From NCBI GenBank assembly GCA_029717555.1, contig JAMDHS010000008.1, forward strand, positions 62,001 to 126,000: DNA of 64,000 bases, given 5' to 3'. This document shows, piece by piece, positions 24,285-37,410 of this stretch. The position numbers were made by a program, and so were the translations under genes. The first letter of the stretch is position 1. Each line of letters starts with the position of its first letter. The notes under the pieces are model-generated. The model saw only the letters and a program-made list of their open reading frames with translations, searched no databases and had not been told where the DNA came from. Source of the DNA: Peribolospora baueri. Its lineage: Eukaryota.

Positions 24285-25571
24285 TCAAAGCTCGCCGTCC
24301 CAGAACCTGCGCTCGTACCATAGCGTCCACCGCCATACCTCCTCGCATCTCTTCCTCACCTCGTTCGCCTCCCTCTCTTCCTGTCCACCTCCGCCTCCGC
24401 CTCCCCTATCCCCACTCAGGTCGGCCACGACGCCAGCCCGCTCGGCCACTTCGTCGAGCAGGTCGCATATCTCTTTGACGAACACGTGGAACTCGGGCGA
24501 GGTCCAGTTGGCGATGAAAGAGGAGAGCGCGTGGTGCAGACCATGGTCGCCGTCGACGGCCAAGCTTTTGGTGCGGTTGGTGGTGGCGGTAGCCTGGAAG
24601 GAGGAGGCGTAGGTCCAAGCGTCGAGGTAGCACTAGTGAGGGTGTGCGAGGCGGAGGAGCAGGGCGGGGAGCGTGTCAGCTTGGGCGCGCGCAATATCCC
24701 CATCCGAGCAAGACGAGACGAGGGCCGGATCCGTTCGACCGAGCTGGCGCACCTTCTCCATCGCCCAGAGCAACGTGAGCGCTTCCTCCAGTGTGCCCGT
24801 AGAGGCGGTGGCAATCATGAAGTCGACGTAGCCCTGTGTGGGTTGGTTGGTCAAAAACTCCAAGTCAGGAAATAAGATGCATTATTCGTCGATGAGAGAA
24901 GGCACGAGAGGGAGACGCCCGTCAATGCGAGAAGTCCGCGCCAACCTTGGTGACCGCGCCGGTCAAGTCTCCCTCAACGCCCTTCTGCCCTCCCTTCCCC
25001 TCCTCTTGGCCAAGGTGGTCCGGATGATGGTCCGGATGCACATTTAGGCTCAATCCATTCTCCTCAGCCGTACGCTTGAAGAAATCAATCTCGCGGACGA
25101 TGTTGGCGAGCGCACCAGAGAAGCAGGCGAGCAGACGTTCGTCCAGGGACTTCGCTTTTTTAGACGAGCCGGAGGGAGCGCGCAAAGAGAGCTTAGAGAT
25201 AAGGAGAGAGATGAATTTAGGATAGCCTGGACGGCCGAAAACATAGATACCAGTTCGCAGTTCACGTCCTTCAGCCCGTCTGTTCGGCGAGCAAACAGGC
25301 ACGAAACGCGAGGCCCGTACGGTAAAGCTCACCGACAAACGCGTACAGCAAGTCCTGAGTCAACCATTTCTCCAATTTCAGCTTGCTTATGGAATGCTCC
25401 CCGGCCGCCTTCAAAAACTCGTGCTGGGTCGCGGCGAGGTATTCGTCCTTGTACAAGGACAGCAGGTGGTCCGTGAGGCTCTGGGATGTTTGTCCAAACA
25501 CCAACCGAAAGGACAGGAGAGTGAGCAGCGCGTACATTACCTGGCCGCTCCGACGGCATACCCACGCTCAT
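24285..25571 (-). CDS. TenA/THI-4/PET18-like heme-oxygenase-superfamily protein (thiamine-salvage family), multi-exon
   Basis: SLTDHLL...ATQHEFLKAAG...LEKWLTQDLLYA, ALANIVREIDFF, YVDFM, LLWAMEK|CYLDAW, FIANWTSPEF, LWYERRFWD. Confidence 0.85.
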
Positions 25572-25758
25572 GTTCAGGATCGCCCCTCCTTCTGTCGGTG
25601 GTGGGCAACGATTTTCGAGAGCGGACGACAGACGACACACCATGAGATATACGAGGCCTGTCCGCTGCACGTGACCAACGCACTACGGAATCTGATCAGC
25701 TAGCCACGTTCAAGTCCGTTCATCCTGGATCCGTTCCCTTTTTCCTCCTTGCTGGAAG

Positions 25759-25766
25759 TATAAAAG
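25759..25766 (+). promoter_or_regulatory. TATA box (TATAAAAG) in the TenA/lactonase divergent promoter
   Basis: Exact TATAAAAG, oriented toward the lactonase gene and flanked by CACGTG at 25668 and 25832. Confidence 0.5.
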
Positions 25767-26136
25767 GAGTCTCTAGCCGAGCTCCGTTATGTCGGAATCC
25801 AAGATCTTCCTCACGCACCGTCTTGAACGTACACGTGAGCACTCAGGACGGTCGACTTCGCACGGCTAAACGTAATATCAGCCATGACGTAAGGATGACA
25901 TAAGCGAAATTGCCCCGCCGGTTCTTCTCCGCCGTCGGTCCTGGTTCCTCCACTGGCTCGCATCGTCCATGGACGCCATGGACGTCCTTCAGAACCTCAC
26001 CTCAAACGCCAAGCTTGCGCTCTCTCGGGCTTCTTTCTCCTCTTTCACTAAATATAGCGTCAACGTTGACTGTCTCTCTGCCTCCTTCTGCCCTCCTTTC
26101 AACCTCACATTGTCTTCGCCCATCAACTTTCGCAGC

Positions 26137-28652
26137 ATGCTTGCCCCCTTGTCTTCGGCTCTCGTCACCGCGGTCGGCTTGTCGGTTGTCGCAGGTTCGG
26201 GATGCGAGGCTTCGTCCTCCGGGCTTGTCTCCAATGTTGCCGATGGAGGCCGTGCTGTGGAGAATGCGACCGTGGTTTATAAGGTCGAAGTGAGCGGGCG
26301 ATGGCCGTGCTGTCAGCGTTGGAAAGGGGTCACCGTCTGTCGTTGGCGCTCATTCTATACTTTTTTATTTTTGTTTTGCAAACGCTGTGCACTATCTTCG
26401 ATGGTCCGCTACTTCTCTCTGTCTTCTCCGCCAGACCTTCTCCCCACTCGACCTTGCCATGCTCCCTGTGCCATTCACCGGACGCAATGTCACCGACCAA
26501 TACATCCCCAGTCCTTCCGCATCTACCGCCCCGAGCGCAACCTCCAGCTCCCTCCCCACTTCGTCCGCGGCCTTCCAAGTTTTCCATCCGTCTTTGCACT
26601 CTCTCCTTGGCGACTCTCCATCTCTCACCCTCATCACCAGGAACGACTCGTACGACTTTGCCCACGAGGCCGCTGCTTATTTCAGCGATACCGACGAAAT
26701 ATATTGGTCCAGCAACGCGGGAAGTCCTAAAGGCATGTCGGATTTGAATAGGAACAACAAGATCTTCAAAGCCAAGGTGGAAGACATTGAAATGGGCGGG
26801 AAGAGTTGGGCGGAAACTGTTCAAGAGGTGCGTATACAGCTGAGGTTGTGGCGAGTTCGAATGCAGATAGACGGTGGTCATCGCCATTTTTTTTTTGGTT
26901 TGGGCTGCATGCTCACTCGCTGTCGTTTTTCTTTCCTCTGTGCTTTCTATTCATTTCCTTGTCCCTCCTGGCCACGTTCATATCTCAGGTGGTCACCGAC
27001 ACCGATCAAGTGCAAATGGTCAATGGTGAGCGAGAATGTCGCTTCGTCGCTGCACCGGAGAGACGGTCGCTGTACAAAAGAAGGGGGGAAGGACGTTTCC
27101 TTCACCCATGCTCTTGTCATTCGTGTTACTGCAGTCCGTGCGAGCTCACTTCGATTTCGAGGTGCCCTTTCTGACCTTCTCGCATGCTCATTTTACCTTC
27201 TATCCTCCTACTGTCCTCACCTCCGACCATACCAGGTGGAACACCGTACAGATCCAATTATCTTGTAGCGACGGAAGGGCGTGGCCCTTCGCTTCCGGGA
27301 GGTCTCGCCATTGTGCCCCGCGAGGATCCGAAAAAGGCCCACACCATCCTGAACAACTACTTGGGTAGGCAATTCAATGCACCCAACGATTTGGTAGTGC
27401 ATCCGAAGAGTGGAGCAATTTTTTGGACGGACGCGTGAGTGAGCTGGCTGGACCGGGGCATGGAGGGAGCCCTGGTTCTCGTGGAGTATTGTATGTTGGG
27501 TTCCGTGATCTCTCCCCGACTCGCTAATCGCCTTGCTTTTGTCTGTCCCTTTGCTTCTTTTCTTCTCCCCTTGCGATTTTTTCGTTCAGTGACTACGGTT
27601 TTACGCAGAATTTCCGACCTCCTTCTACGGTACGCCTGTTCTTTTCTTCCTCAGCTCGCTCATCCTCGCCTTCCCTTTCCTTTCCACACAAGTTCTTACT
27701 GGTCCACTTTTCTTGAATCCCTTCCATTTTATTTCATTATATTTTGCCTTCTGTCGGTACATCACCGCTACAGCTTCCCAAACAAGTCTACCGCTTTGAC
27801 CCTTCCTCGGGTATCCTCACCGTTTTGACGGACGATGTGGTCACGCCTAATGGGATTCTTCTAAGCCCGGATGGAAAGAAGGCTTACGTGTGAGTTCGCT
27901 TTCTCCTTTCTCTGTTTTTATCGCTTTGTATCTGGCGCCATCTTCTGATTCGCAAATGTCCGCCGGAGAGAGAAAATCGTGGTGCCGTGTGACACTGTCT
28001 GGCGCTCCTTCCTTCAAATCGACCCCTTTTCGCTTACCAACTTCTTCTTTCTTTCCTCCCTTTGCTTCCTCTGACGCTTCCTCTCCTGCGCATTAATTTT
28101 CAATCCGCTGGGGCTTCTCCCAGGGCTGACACGGGTGCCACTATTGGTAACGGCACTTGGATTCCTACCAATCCCGCCACGATGTGAGTTTTAAAAACGA
28201 GAAATTTGACTCCGGAATAGTTGCATCCCTCAGTGTTCAGCTCCTCCACATTAACGTCCTTATCTCGTTTGACCCTCACTCTCCGATTTTTACCCCTCTT
28301 TTACGTGGTTTTTTTATTTACCACCTTCAGCTACGTGTTTGACGTCGAAACGATCGGCTCGGGCTCGCTCTCAACGGAAATTTTCACGAACCGCCGAGTC
28401 TTCGCCCATGTTGACACTGGCGTTCCCGACGGCTTGAAGGCCGACGTCCAGGGCAACGTCTACGCGGGCTGCGGAGACGGCGTACACGTGTTTTCTCCCG
28501 AGGGAATCCTTCTTGGCAAGGTCTTCCTAGGCACGACGGTTGCCAATCTCGCGTTCGCGGGCAAAGGTCGACTGGTCATTTTGGGAGAGACTACGCTTTG
28601 GTTGGCGAAGGGCAGTTGGGAGGGGGTGGCGTTGGATAAGATTGACGCTTGA
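26137..28652 (+). CDS. SMP-30/gluconolactonase/LRE-family beta-propeller lactonohydrolase, probably secreted, many exons
   Basis: FAHEAAAYF, QVQMVN|GGT, ILNNYLGRQFNAPNDLVVHP, PNQVYRFDP, PNGILLSPDGKKAYV, NRRVFA...GVPDGLKADVQGNVYAGCGDGVHVF. Hydrophobic N-terminus from ATG 26137; upstream in-frame ATGs also exist. Confidence 0.9.
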
Positions 28653-29083
28653 GATTTTGATGCGAAGGAAGAGCGGATAATGAAAGGAGGAGGACATGAG
28701 AGGAAAGTTGGAACAAACACATTCAAGACGAATGTCACTTCTGTAGGAGAACGGACGGCGGAGCGGAAGTGTCGTGCTCGCACAGTTTCCATTCATTTGC
28801 ATCGCCCCGGTGGTTGTCCGCAATGATATCCGGATCTGAAATCAACCAGGATTAGATGCAAGCGCGTACTTTGATTTCACACAGAAGGACAGAAGCAAGT
28901 TGCAGAGGCACTTTCACGGCCAGCGGCCCGCATATGTAATCATTGAATTCGCCTGCGAGCCTCGCACGTCGTCCAGATGTCGGACTTGAACGCTGTCAGC
29001 CAAGGCCAACCGGGAATAGTTACATTGTTCGGAAAGCGTCAGGTGTCCTTGAACAGGGAGGGCACCTAGCGTGACGCGCTCAG

Positions 29084-32000
29084 TTAGACCCGAGGCAAAG
29101 CATCTTCAATTCTCGTCTGCTCCGGCCCATCCTTCCCAAACGTCTTGTCGATGCTGGCTTGTCCCTCTATCTCCGTAACCTCTTTTTCTCCTTCCGTTCC
29201 TCTCTTCTCGAGCTCGGATCCCGCCTTCTCCCATTGGGCGGCAGCCTGATGACCACCACCGGCAGCCCCACCCTCGCCCAAGGCCGAAACGTCGACGTGC
29301 AAAGCGGCTGCGGTTGCGAGATCGACCTGTCGTCGCTTGTGTAGCTGGTTCTTGAGTCGCAGATCGGCGATGGCGCGGCGGACGATGGAGCCTTCGAAGA
29401 TTTGGGCGACTGCGACAGCCGATCGAAAAAAAAAGGATTTACAACTCGTCAGTCACGGCCATTGGGTACAGAGGCATTCGTCATGGAGCGCACGAATAGC
29501 AGTCGTCGCTGGAGGGCATCCGTACGGACTCTCCATGTGAAGACAGCGATCGGTGAAACAGAATTCGACGCGACCAACCTTGCTCTAGCTCGAGGCCCTT
29601 GGACTCGGGCAAGAATATGGCGACGTAGACAGACATGAGCACGCAGCAGATGCCTGCGATGACAAAGGTCTTGTATTTGATATCCTAAGACGATAAAGAA
29701 AAAAAATGGCAAAATGATGGAACGTTCAGAAAGCGACTTCATTGACACAGATCGCTTGAGCCGTTTTGCCTCAAGGTTCTTTTACCGCGCAGCTATGGAA
29801 CACTTACCTGCAACAATATAGGAGTGATCTTGGTGATACACGTGTTGAAGACCCACTGGCTTACAAGGCCAGCAGACATGGCGAGGGAGCGAAGGTGGTT
29901 GGGAGCAAACTCGGCGGATACAGCCCAGGGGACGGAGCCCCAGCCGAAAGAGTAGAAGACAGCGAAGAGGCTGTTGCGGGGCAATAAGGAGTATGGGCGT
30001 GCGAGAGTAGGTTAAGACAGGAGATAAGATGTACGAAACGCAATTGGACCGCGTCTATTCTCCGACTCACTAGACGCAGACAATAGCGACGTAGGAGGCA
30101 GGCACGATAGGCGATCCCTCCGGTCGAAGAGCAAGATAAATGGCAAGATAAAACTGCCAGTCAAAGACATTCGCAGGGGTGGATCAGCTTTAGCTCTCAT
30201 CCTGAATGATCAGCTGCAATGAGCTAAAAAGCGGCAGCTGAGGAGAACTAAAAACTTACCATACAGACCCCCTGCCCCAGTCCGCCCACAATTAGGCAAA
30301 TCTTTCTTCCCACCTGCTCCATGCAGAACATGAGGCCGAGGCAGGTGCACACGACTTTGACGCAGCCATAGACGCCCGTTGCAAAAAGTCCCCCTTGGAC
30401 GCCGGAGAGGCCGAGAGAGTTAAAGATCGTTGGGGACTGTCGCGACGTTAATTAATAAAAGATGGGAGTATAGGTTGTTGAGCATGACTGCTTGATCAAC
30501 GCCATCAAAGGTGCCCAAACACTCACGTAGTAGTTGATGGCATTTGTAAAGGTCCATTGTTGCCAAAACCTGGATGTCGCAATCGTTGAAAAGAGCAAAG
30601 GAATGAGGCGCTTTGCCCCCCCCCCCCTCCGCAGCGCCTCGAACGAACCTCTAGGCCGAGTTCCAAACTCACATCATGATGAAAGCCATGGAAACACGGT
30701 AAAACGTTTTCCTATCTCCAACGGACTCCCTCACCATCTCTATCAAACTCAACTTCTCCCTCGATTGCAGATCCATATTAATCTCAGCAACGATGGCCTG
30801 GACGGAAGGATCATCTATGGAAGGCGCGTTGCGGAGACGAGCGAGGGAGCGGCAGGCGGCCTCAATCTTGCCCTTCTCAACGAGCCATCGGGGTGATTCG
30901 GGTTGGGTGAGCATGCCGAGAACAAGAATGACGCCGGGAACCTGTTGTAGAAGGAAAGACGACCAAAAAGTCAGCTTAAGAGATCCGGACGGGAGGTCCA
31001 TTGCAACGGCGTGTGCAAAATAGCAGGGGAAATACGACATACAAGCTGCATCCCAAACGCCAACCTCCAGATAGAGGAATCGGTGTCCGGTTTAATGTTC
31101 TTATTGGCCCCATAGTTGATCCAGTAGGAGAGCATAATTCCGGTGACATTGAAGAGCTGGAACATGCCTGCAAGGCGACCGCGGATCTCGCGAGGAGCGC
31201 ATTCAGAGACTAGGTGGGAATGGATAAGGATGGGTGGAGAAAAGAGATCAAAGCGCCGAGGGAAACATTGGAATTGGCATGAGATCAATTTTGAGTCCTC
31301 GCAAGAGCGATTTTGGTTCCTGTTGAGTCACTTACTATAAGTAGGGACAACGGCGCTCAACAGACCCAATCCGGCGCCTCCGACAAATCGCCCGATGAAT
31401 AGCTGAGTCATGGCGGCGCCTGCGCTTTGAAACGAGGATACCTTGCAAAGCACCTGAACGATGGATCCGATGAGGAAAACGACGCCTCCCAAGAGGAGAG
31501 CGGGCCTGCGACCGAAGCGGGTAGGGATGTAGAAGGAGCAGAAGGCACCTAAAATGCTTTGTGAGGCAGGAAGGAACAGTAACATCACAGACCAATAAAA
31601 ACAAAGTAACAGACATAAAATAGGTCCGGGAGAAGAGTGAGCAGGAGACACGTTGAAAGAGTGTCAGAAGACCGGTGAACATTCCCGAGGTTTCCCAGGA
31701 TGACTATGAGGCGCACCATCCGGCCAGCAATACGATCACAATGTTTCCCTTGGTGCTGGCATATCCGGAACTGGTAGGGTCGAGATTGAACGATTTTAGG
31801 AACGAATGTTCGGTAAGGACGCCGCCGACTGCCGGTCAAGAAGCAGGCGTGGACACGACAACGAAGACAGAAAAGTCAGGGCACTTGATCAGCACTGGCT
31901 TCATCCCTCCTTCTCCCTCTTCCGCCGTCCAAGAGATGAAGCGAGACGAGACAACCGTACAAAGCCGGGAGCAACAGTCGTAACACGTACTTAGTCCGGT

Positions 32001-32102
32001 GTCGAAACCGTACACCATACCGCCCCAGCTGCAGATCGTGCCCATGGTATAGGCGGCACGGTGACGGTATACGTCCCGCACCACTTGACGTAGATAGAGC
32101 AT
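29084..32102 (-). CDS. MFS sugar-porter family transporter (quinate/hexose permease-like), about 12 exons
   Basis: GGMVYGFDTG, RFGRRPAL, GRFVGG, SECAPREIRGRLAG, QPESPRWLV, QQWTFTNAINYY, SFGWGSVPW, FLPESKGLELEQ. Stop TAA at 29086-29084. Confidence 0.93.
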
Positions 32103-32590
32103 GCTGGCACGTCACGGCGAGAGTATTCGATGCAGATTGCTTGTTCAAAACCGTTATCCGCAGATGATGGAAGAGTTGGTCGGCTCGACCCGAACTCTCC
32201 AGTTATCCGTCTTCGAGGCGCGTTGGGCTCTGAGGTGCTGAGGGAGACGTGAGCTGAGAGCCGAGCGAAGCAGCGTGAAAAGAAGCGGGTAAATATAGGG
32301 CGCTGCGCAGACAACCTCGTGAGAGGGGCATGAGCAGACGGGTTTCCAGAAGGCGCCCTTATTTGATCCCATCTCTGTCTCTGTCCCTCTGTCCCCGGAT
32401 GGAGGAGATTCTCATCCTTGCGGGGAACCCGGACCGGTGGGCACATGGCAGCAGCAGGCACCTGATTGGCTGACTAAGCCGATCACCTCTTTCACGTGGC
32501 GCGAGCAACTTTTCTCCCTGCTGCGGCAAGCGTTCCCTTCTGAGCTCGCTACCTTCTTCCCCGTTCTCCTTCTCCTCGTCGGATACTAGC

Positions 32591-35500
32591 ATGGCGTCGG
32601 ACGCTCCTCGAAAGCGTGTCCGCGCTGACACCTCGTCGCCTCCTTCTCGTATCGCCACCGCCGCTCGGCGACCGCGTCTATTTGCGCCCTTCCGAGCTCT
32701 TGGCTTTGTCTCCAACCATGTGCCCTTCCAGCTCCAGTCTCGCGGCTCTAGAGACGCCCGCAAGCTGAGCGTTCAGGTCGTCACTTGCCTGGGAACGAGC
32801 TGGGCTATGTGGGACGTTGAACGCATGACCTTGCTTTTTGTTGGTAGGTTTATTTTTTTTTCGCCTCATGGGAAAAGCTGCCCTGAATGAGCTGGTCTCG
32901 CGCCAGGGCTACCGTCCGAACCGAGAGGCCTGAATTGATGACGTCCCATCGTCTTCTATCGCCCCATTCTCTCAGGTCCACCCACGCCTGCTGCCATCAC
33001 TTCTTTAGCCCTCTCTCCTGACTCCGTTCTGGCCGCGGCAGGAAGCTCGGTTTACCGCTACGTGCGAGGCAAGGAGGTTGCGCGGTACGACACAGGCGTC
33101 GTAGGACTCTCTGGACAGCCTTCCACTTCTTCGTCGACTGACGATAGCAGTAGCGATGAAGACGAGGACGCAGAGATGGTAGAGGCTAGCTCGAGCTCTG
33201 GCACGAGCTCTTTGTCTTCCCAAATGGACGAGGGAGAAGACGCGCGGAACGGCTCCTCTGCCGGTGCTTCTGCCGACGTTCGGTTGCTCGCGCAGATTCT
33301 GGTGTTCGGAAGCCAGCTCATTGGACTTGCCGAGGACGGCTCGAGGATGTTCATTTGGGATATCGACTCAAGGGGTGAGCTGCATGGCTCTCTCCGAATC
33401 GAACTTGGCTGTGCCTTTGCTCATCTCTCCACTTTCCCGTCTGCCGAACAGAACTGCTGCGGAGTGTCCCCTTTCCCCCTTCGTTCACAGCTACGCACGT
33501 CCTTCATCCTGCAACTTACCTGAACAAAGTTCTCGTTGCGAGTAGCCAAGGGGAGATGATGCTTTGGAACATCAGGACAGGGTAAGCCTTCTCTCCGCCC
33601 ACCATTCCGTCCACGTATCGCCTCTGCGTGCTGACGTCAAGCTTCGTTTTTTTGTCCTTACAGAACAGTTATTCACCATTTCGTCGCTTCTCGCCTCCGC
33701 CCCATGCCCTCCTCTGCTTCCACCACCACTGGAGCGCACTCTATCACCTCGCTTACTCAATCCCCTGCCATCGATGTGATAGCTGTTTCCTACCTTGATG
33801 GTCTCGTTTCCCTCTACGACATCCGCTCGGACGAAGAGGTCATGCGCGTTCGCATGGACGGAGGTGTTGGACAAGGGGGCGTCGCCTTCCGCACCGACGG
33901 TCAGCACGTACTTGCTACCGCTAGCCTTACGGGCAACATCGCCATGTGGGATCTGAACGAGGGTGGAAAGCTTGTGCATACGGTCAAAGGAGCGCATGAT
34001 GGCGTCGTAGCTAAATTGGAATGGGTACCCAAACAACCTGTTCTGATTAGTGCTGGAGCGGATAATAGTGTCAAGGTGAACCCGCCTGCGTGTAAGCCTC
34101 CTCTTCAACCTTTTCAAACTGGTCCTCTGACCCTTCTCCTCCTTCACTCTTTCACAGCAATGGCTTTTCGATTCTCCTCTCGCTCCGCCGCGGCTGCTCA
34201 AGCAACGATCGGGACACTATGCGCCTCCTCATCTCATCAGGTACTACGGAGACGACGGAAAGAACATCCTTACCGCCGGAAGAGATCGTGCATTGAGGGT
34301 CACCAGCGTCGTCAGAGATTCGAGAAGTTTTGAGATGAGCCAAGGTAAGTCTTCGTAAGGTAGAGGATACCATCGGTCTATTGTTGTCCACCGGAAACAG
34401 AGATTAGAGGAGCTCGACGCTCAATACGCCCCACCCTTCCCCCTATCTTCTTCGCTCCACAGGCTCCTTAGCCAAGAAATCCAGCTCGCTCTTGGTCCCA
34501 TTGGCTAGCCTCAAGTTTACGCCCATAACCTCGCTCTCGTTCTCCACGTCACGTTCCAAGGACTGGGACGACGTCCTGACGGCTCATGCTGACGAGTCGT
34601 TCGCACGGACCTGGACTGTGAAGGACAAGAGGCTCGGCTCGCACAAGTTGGGCGCTGGCGAGCTTGGTCAGGGGGCGATTGCGAAGGTAAGTTGGCTCTC
34701 GCTCGCTTTCTACACGCGTCCTTTCTCCGACGGTGATTTTGAACCCGGCAATTCGCCCTCATTTCGACAGACTGTGCATGTTACGGCGTGTGGCAACTTC
34801 GGCCTTGTCGGATCCTCACACGACGGCTCGATCCACATGTACAACATCCAATCTGGTATCCACCGCAAAACGTTCCACACGCACGCCGTCGCTGCTGAGA
34901 AGGCTGCCCTGGCCAAGCTGCCCAAGGCGAAGAGAAAGGCGTTGACGGGGGAAGCCAACGGAAAAGAAGATGTACGGTCGAGGGATAGCAAACCGAGCCC
35001 TGTCACTGGCATTTCTAGTGATTCGCTCAACACGGTCCTCGTAGCGAGCACAATGGATGGCAGAATCCATGTAAGTGACAAGCCCCGTCTCTACATTTGT
35101 CACCTGTCACAATTCTATCTTGGCGGCCCCGACGACTGGATATTGACTGACTTGTCCCTGGAACATCCAGTACTTCGATTTCCACTCCACCAAACTCCTC
35201 CACGTCCAGACTCTCCCCTCTTCGGTTACTTCGATCCTCCTCCATCCCGACAACGGCCTTCTTGCGGCCGTTTGTGATGACCTCACCGTGAGGATTATCG
35301 ATGTTGAGACACGCAAGGTTGTGAGGGAGGTGGGAGGGTTCCGAGGGCGGATATTGGATATCGTGAGTTGACGCATCTTTCAAATCTGGCCAGCTCCGCT
35401 TCGCAAAGGAGGACCTCACCTCGGCCCCTTGTCTGTGTTTATTCCCCCTCGCTTGGCACAGGCCTATTCTCCTGATGCTCGCTGGCTCGTCACGACCTCG

Positions 35501-36809
35501 CTCGACAGCGTCATCCGAACGTTCGACATTCCAACCGGTCGGCTCATCGACGCGTTCCGAACCGAGAGCATCGCCACCAGTCTCACTTTCTCCCCCACCG
35601 GCGATTTCCTGGCCACTGCTCATGTTGACAGCGTTGGCGTGCACTTGTGGTGAGTTCAAGTTCCGCAATCTGGCCTGGAAACATGGTTGCTTTGGCGAGA
35701 CTCGTCTCACCGAGTGATTTTTTTTCTTTGTTCGCAGGGCCAACAAGTCGCTCTTCGCCACCGTGTCTTTGCGTAACGTGGCTGAAGAAGAAATCTTCGA
35801 GGCTGATATGCCGACGGTACAAGGCTTGGACGAGGAACAGACGGAGGCGGCGGAGCTGGAAGGCGTACCGCCTGTGGGCGAGCCGGAGCTGAAGGACATC
35901 TACACCACACCGGAGCAGTTGGATGGAGACTTGCTCACGCTCTCGCTCTTGCCTAGGTCGAGATGGCAGACCTTGATCAATCTTGAGACAATTAAGGTGG
36001 GTGGCACTCGTCCGTACCCACACGTGCTTCCATGCGCCCCCTTCTCACAGTCAAATTCAGTAGGAGCCTCCGCTCATCGTTTGTCGTCGCTTTATCGTAC
36101 TCCCCCCACCGATGCTAATGTTTTCATGCCACAGCTGCGCAACAAGCCGAAAGAGGCACCAAAAGCTCCGGAAAAGGCTCCCTTCTTCCTGCCTTCTCTT
36201 CCCGGAGTGGAGCAGCGCTTCGACTTCGGTCAGGTCAAAGGCGCCGACAAGAGCTTGGAGCAGGAGGATGAGCCGCAGTCCAGAAGATTACGACTGGGCG
36301 ACGCGGGTGGAATTGAGACGGAGTTTGTGCGGAAGATAGCCAGCGCGGAGGGGGAATCGAAGGACTGTGAGTAGGAGTCGTGACGAGTGACGAGATTAAA
36401 TTGATCGTTTGATAGGAACCTGACTGAGTCAACTTTATGTGACATTTATTATTTTTCCTCGTCTGCTCATCTTTGACGGCTGACCCCAGTCAACTCTTTC
36501 TTCGAATACCTGAACGGTCTGTCCCCTGCCTCCATCGATCTGGAAATGCGCTCGCTCGTCACCCTCCCCCACCTCTCCCTCTTTCTCCGTGCTCTCATCG
36601 CCCGCCTTCGCTCGCACCGAGACTTTGAGGCAGTGCAAGCGCTGCTGAACGTGTTCATCAAGATCCACGGCGACGTCATCATCGCCAACCCCGAGTTGGA
36701 AGAGGAGATGAGGGAGCTCATCCAGGAGCAGGAGAAGGAGAGCAAGAGGATGATGGATCTCGTACACTACGTGTTCGGCACGCTCGGCTTTTTGAGGAAC
36801 GTCGTCTGA
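32591..36809 (+). CDS. UTP21: U3 snoRNA-associated WD40 protein Utp21 (SSU processome), multi-exon
   Basis: RLFAPFRALGFVSNHVPF, QSPAIDVIAV, RSGHYAPP, ACGNFGLVG, FSPTGDFLATAHVD, LLTLSLLPRSRWQTL, RNKPKEAPKAPEKAPFFLP, RDFEAVQALLNVF. Confidence 0.96.
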
Positions 36810-37410
36810 TGGTGGGGCTGACCTTGTCGTTGGCCAATTCAATTAGCCCCTCAGCGGCTTGCGTCGTGCATTGTGCCGCCCATGCCCCTGCGTCGTCCCG
36901 TTGCGCAATTGCCGTTGTATCCGTATGCTTTTATACGCTGGGGAAGGAGGTTAAGATGGTCTTTTAGCCGTGACATGCTCTTGCACCGCGCCCTGATATC
37001 GAGAATGGCTAGTGGAAGTGCTCGCAAGAGGAGTTGTCGGTCTTGCAATGTGATCACGCCCAGATAAGCGCTCCTAACCGCAACGCCGGCCATCGTCGGG
37101 CCTAAGCGGCGTTTCCGAAGTCTGCTGCGGCGCGTGCATGGACCACCCACAGCTCGACTGGAGAATTTTTGGGACGTCCGATCGACCTCGAACACATCGA
37201 AGACTCAGGAAAGGGCAAGGAAGGGCCTGCTGCTCTGCTCTGCGACCTTGGACCTTGCGGACGAGAGAAGTGCCGAGTCGTTTCTTTTTTGTCGACTTTT
37301 CGGCTTGTCCGTCTATACATACGGCATTCGGAGTGTGACGGACAGACGGCCACATCCTCTACGGCCACGACCCACGACCGAGCCACCACCTCGTCCCTCG
37401 ACCATCCACG

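Noticed and set aside
24285..25760. TPP riboswitch in or upstream of the TenA-like gene
   Set aside because: I did not find the conserved CUGAGA and CUUGAU/CCUGAU...UAAU core elements in the required arrangement. An Infernal search would be decisive.
29400..29800. Apparent missing last TM segment of the MFS transporter (possible pseudogene)
   Set aside because: An exon at about 29684-29579 (DIKYKTFVIAGICCVLMSVYVAIFLPESKGLELEQ) restores it in frame, so the gene looks intact.
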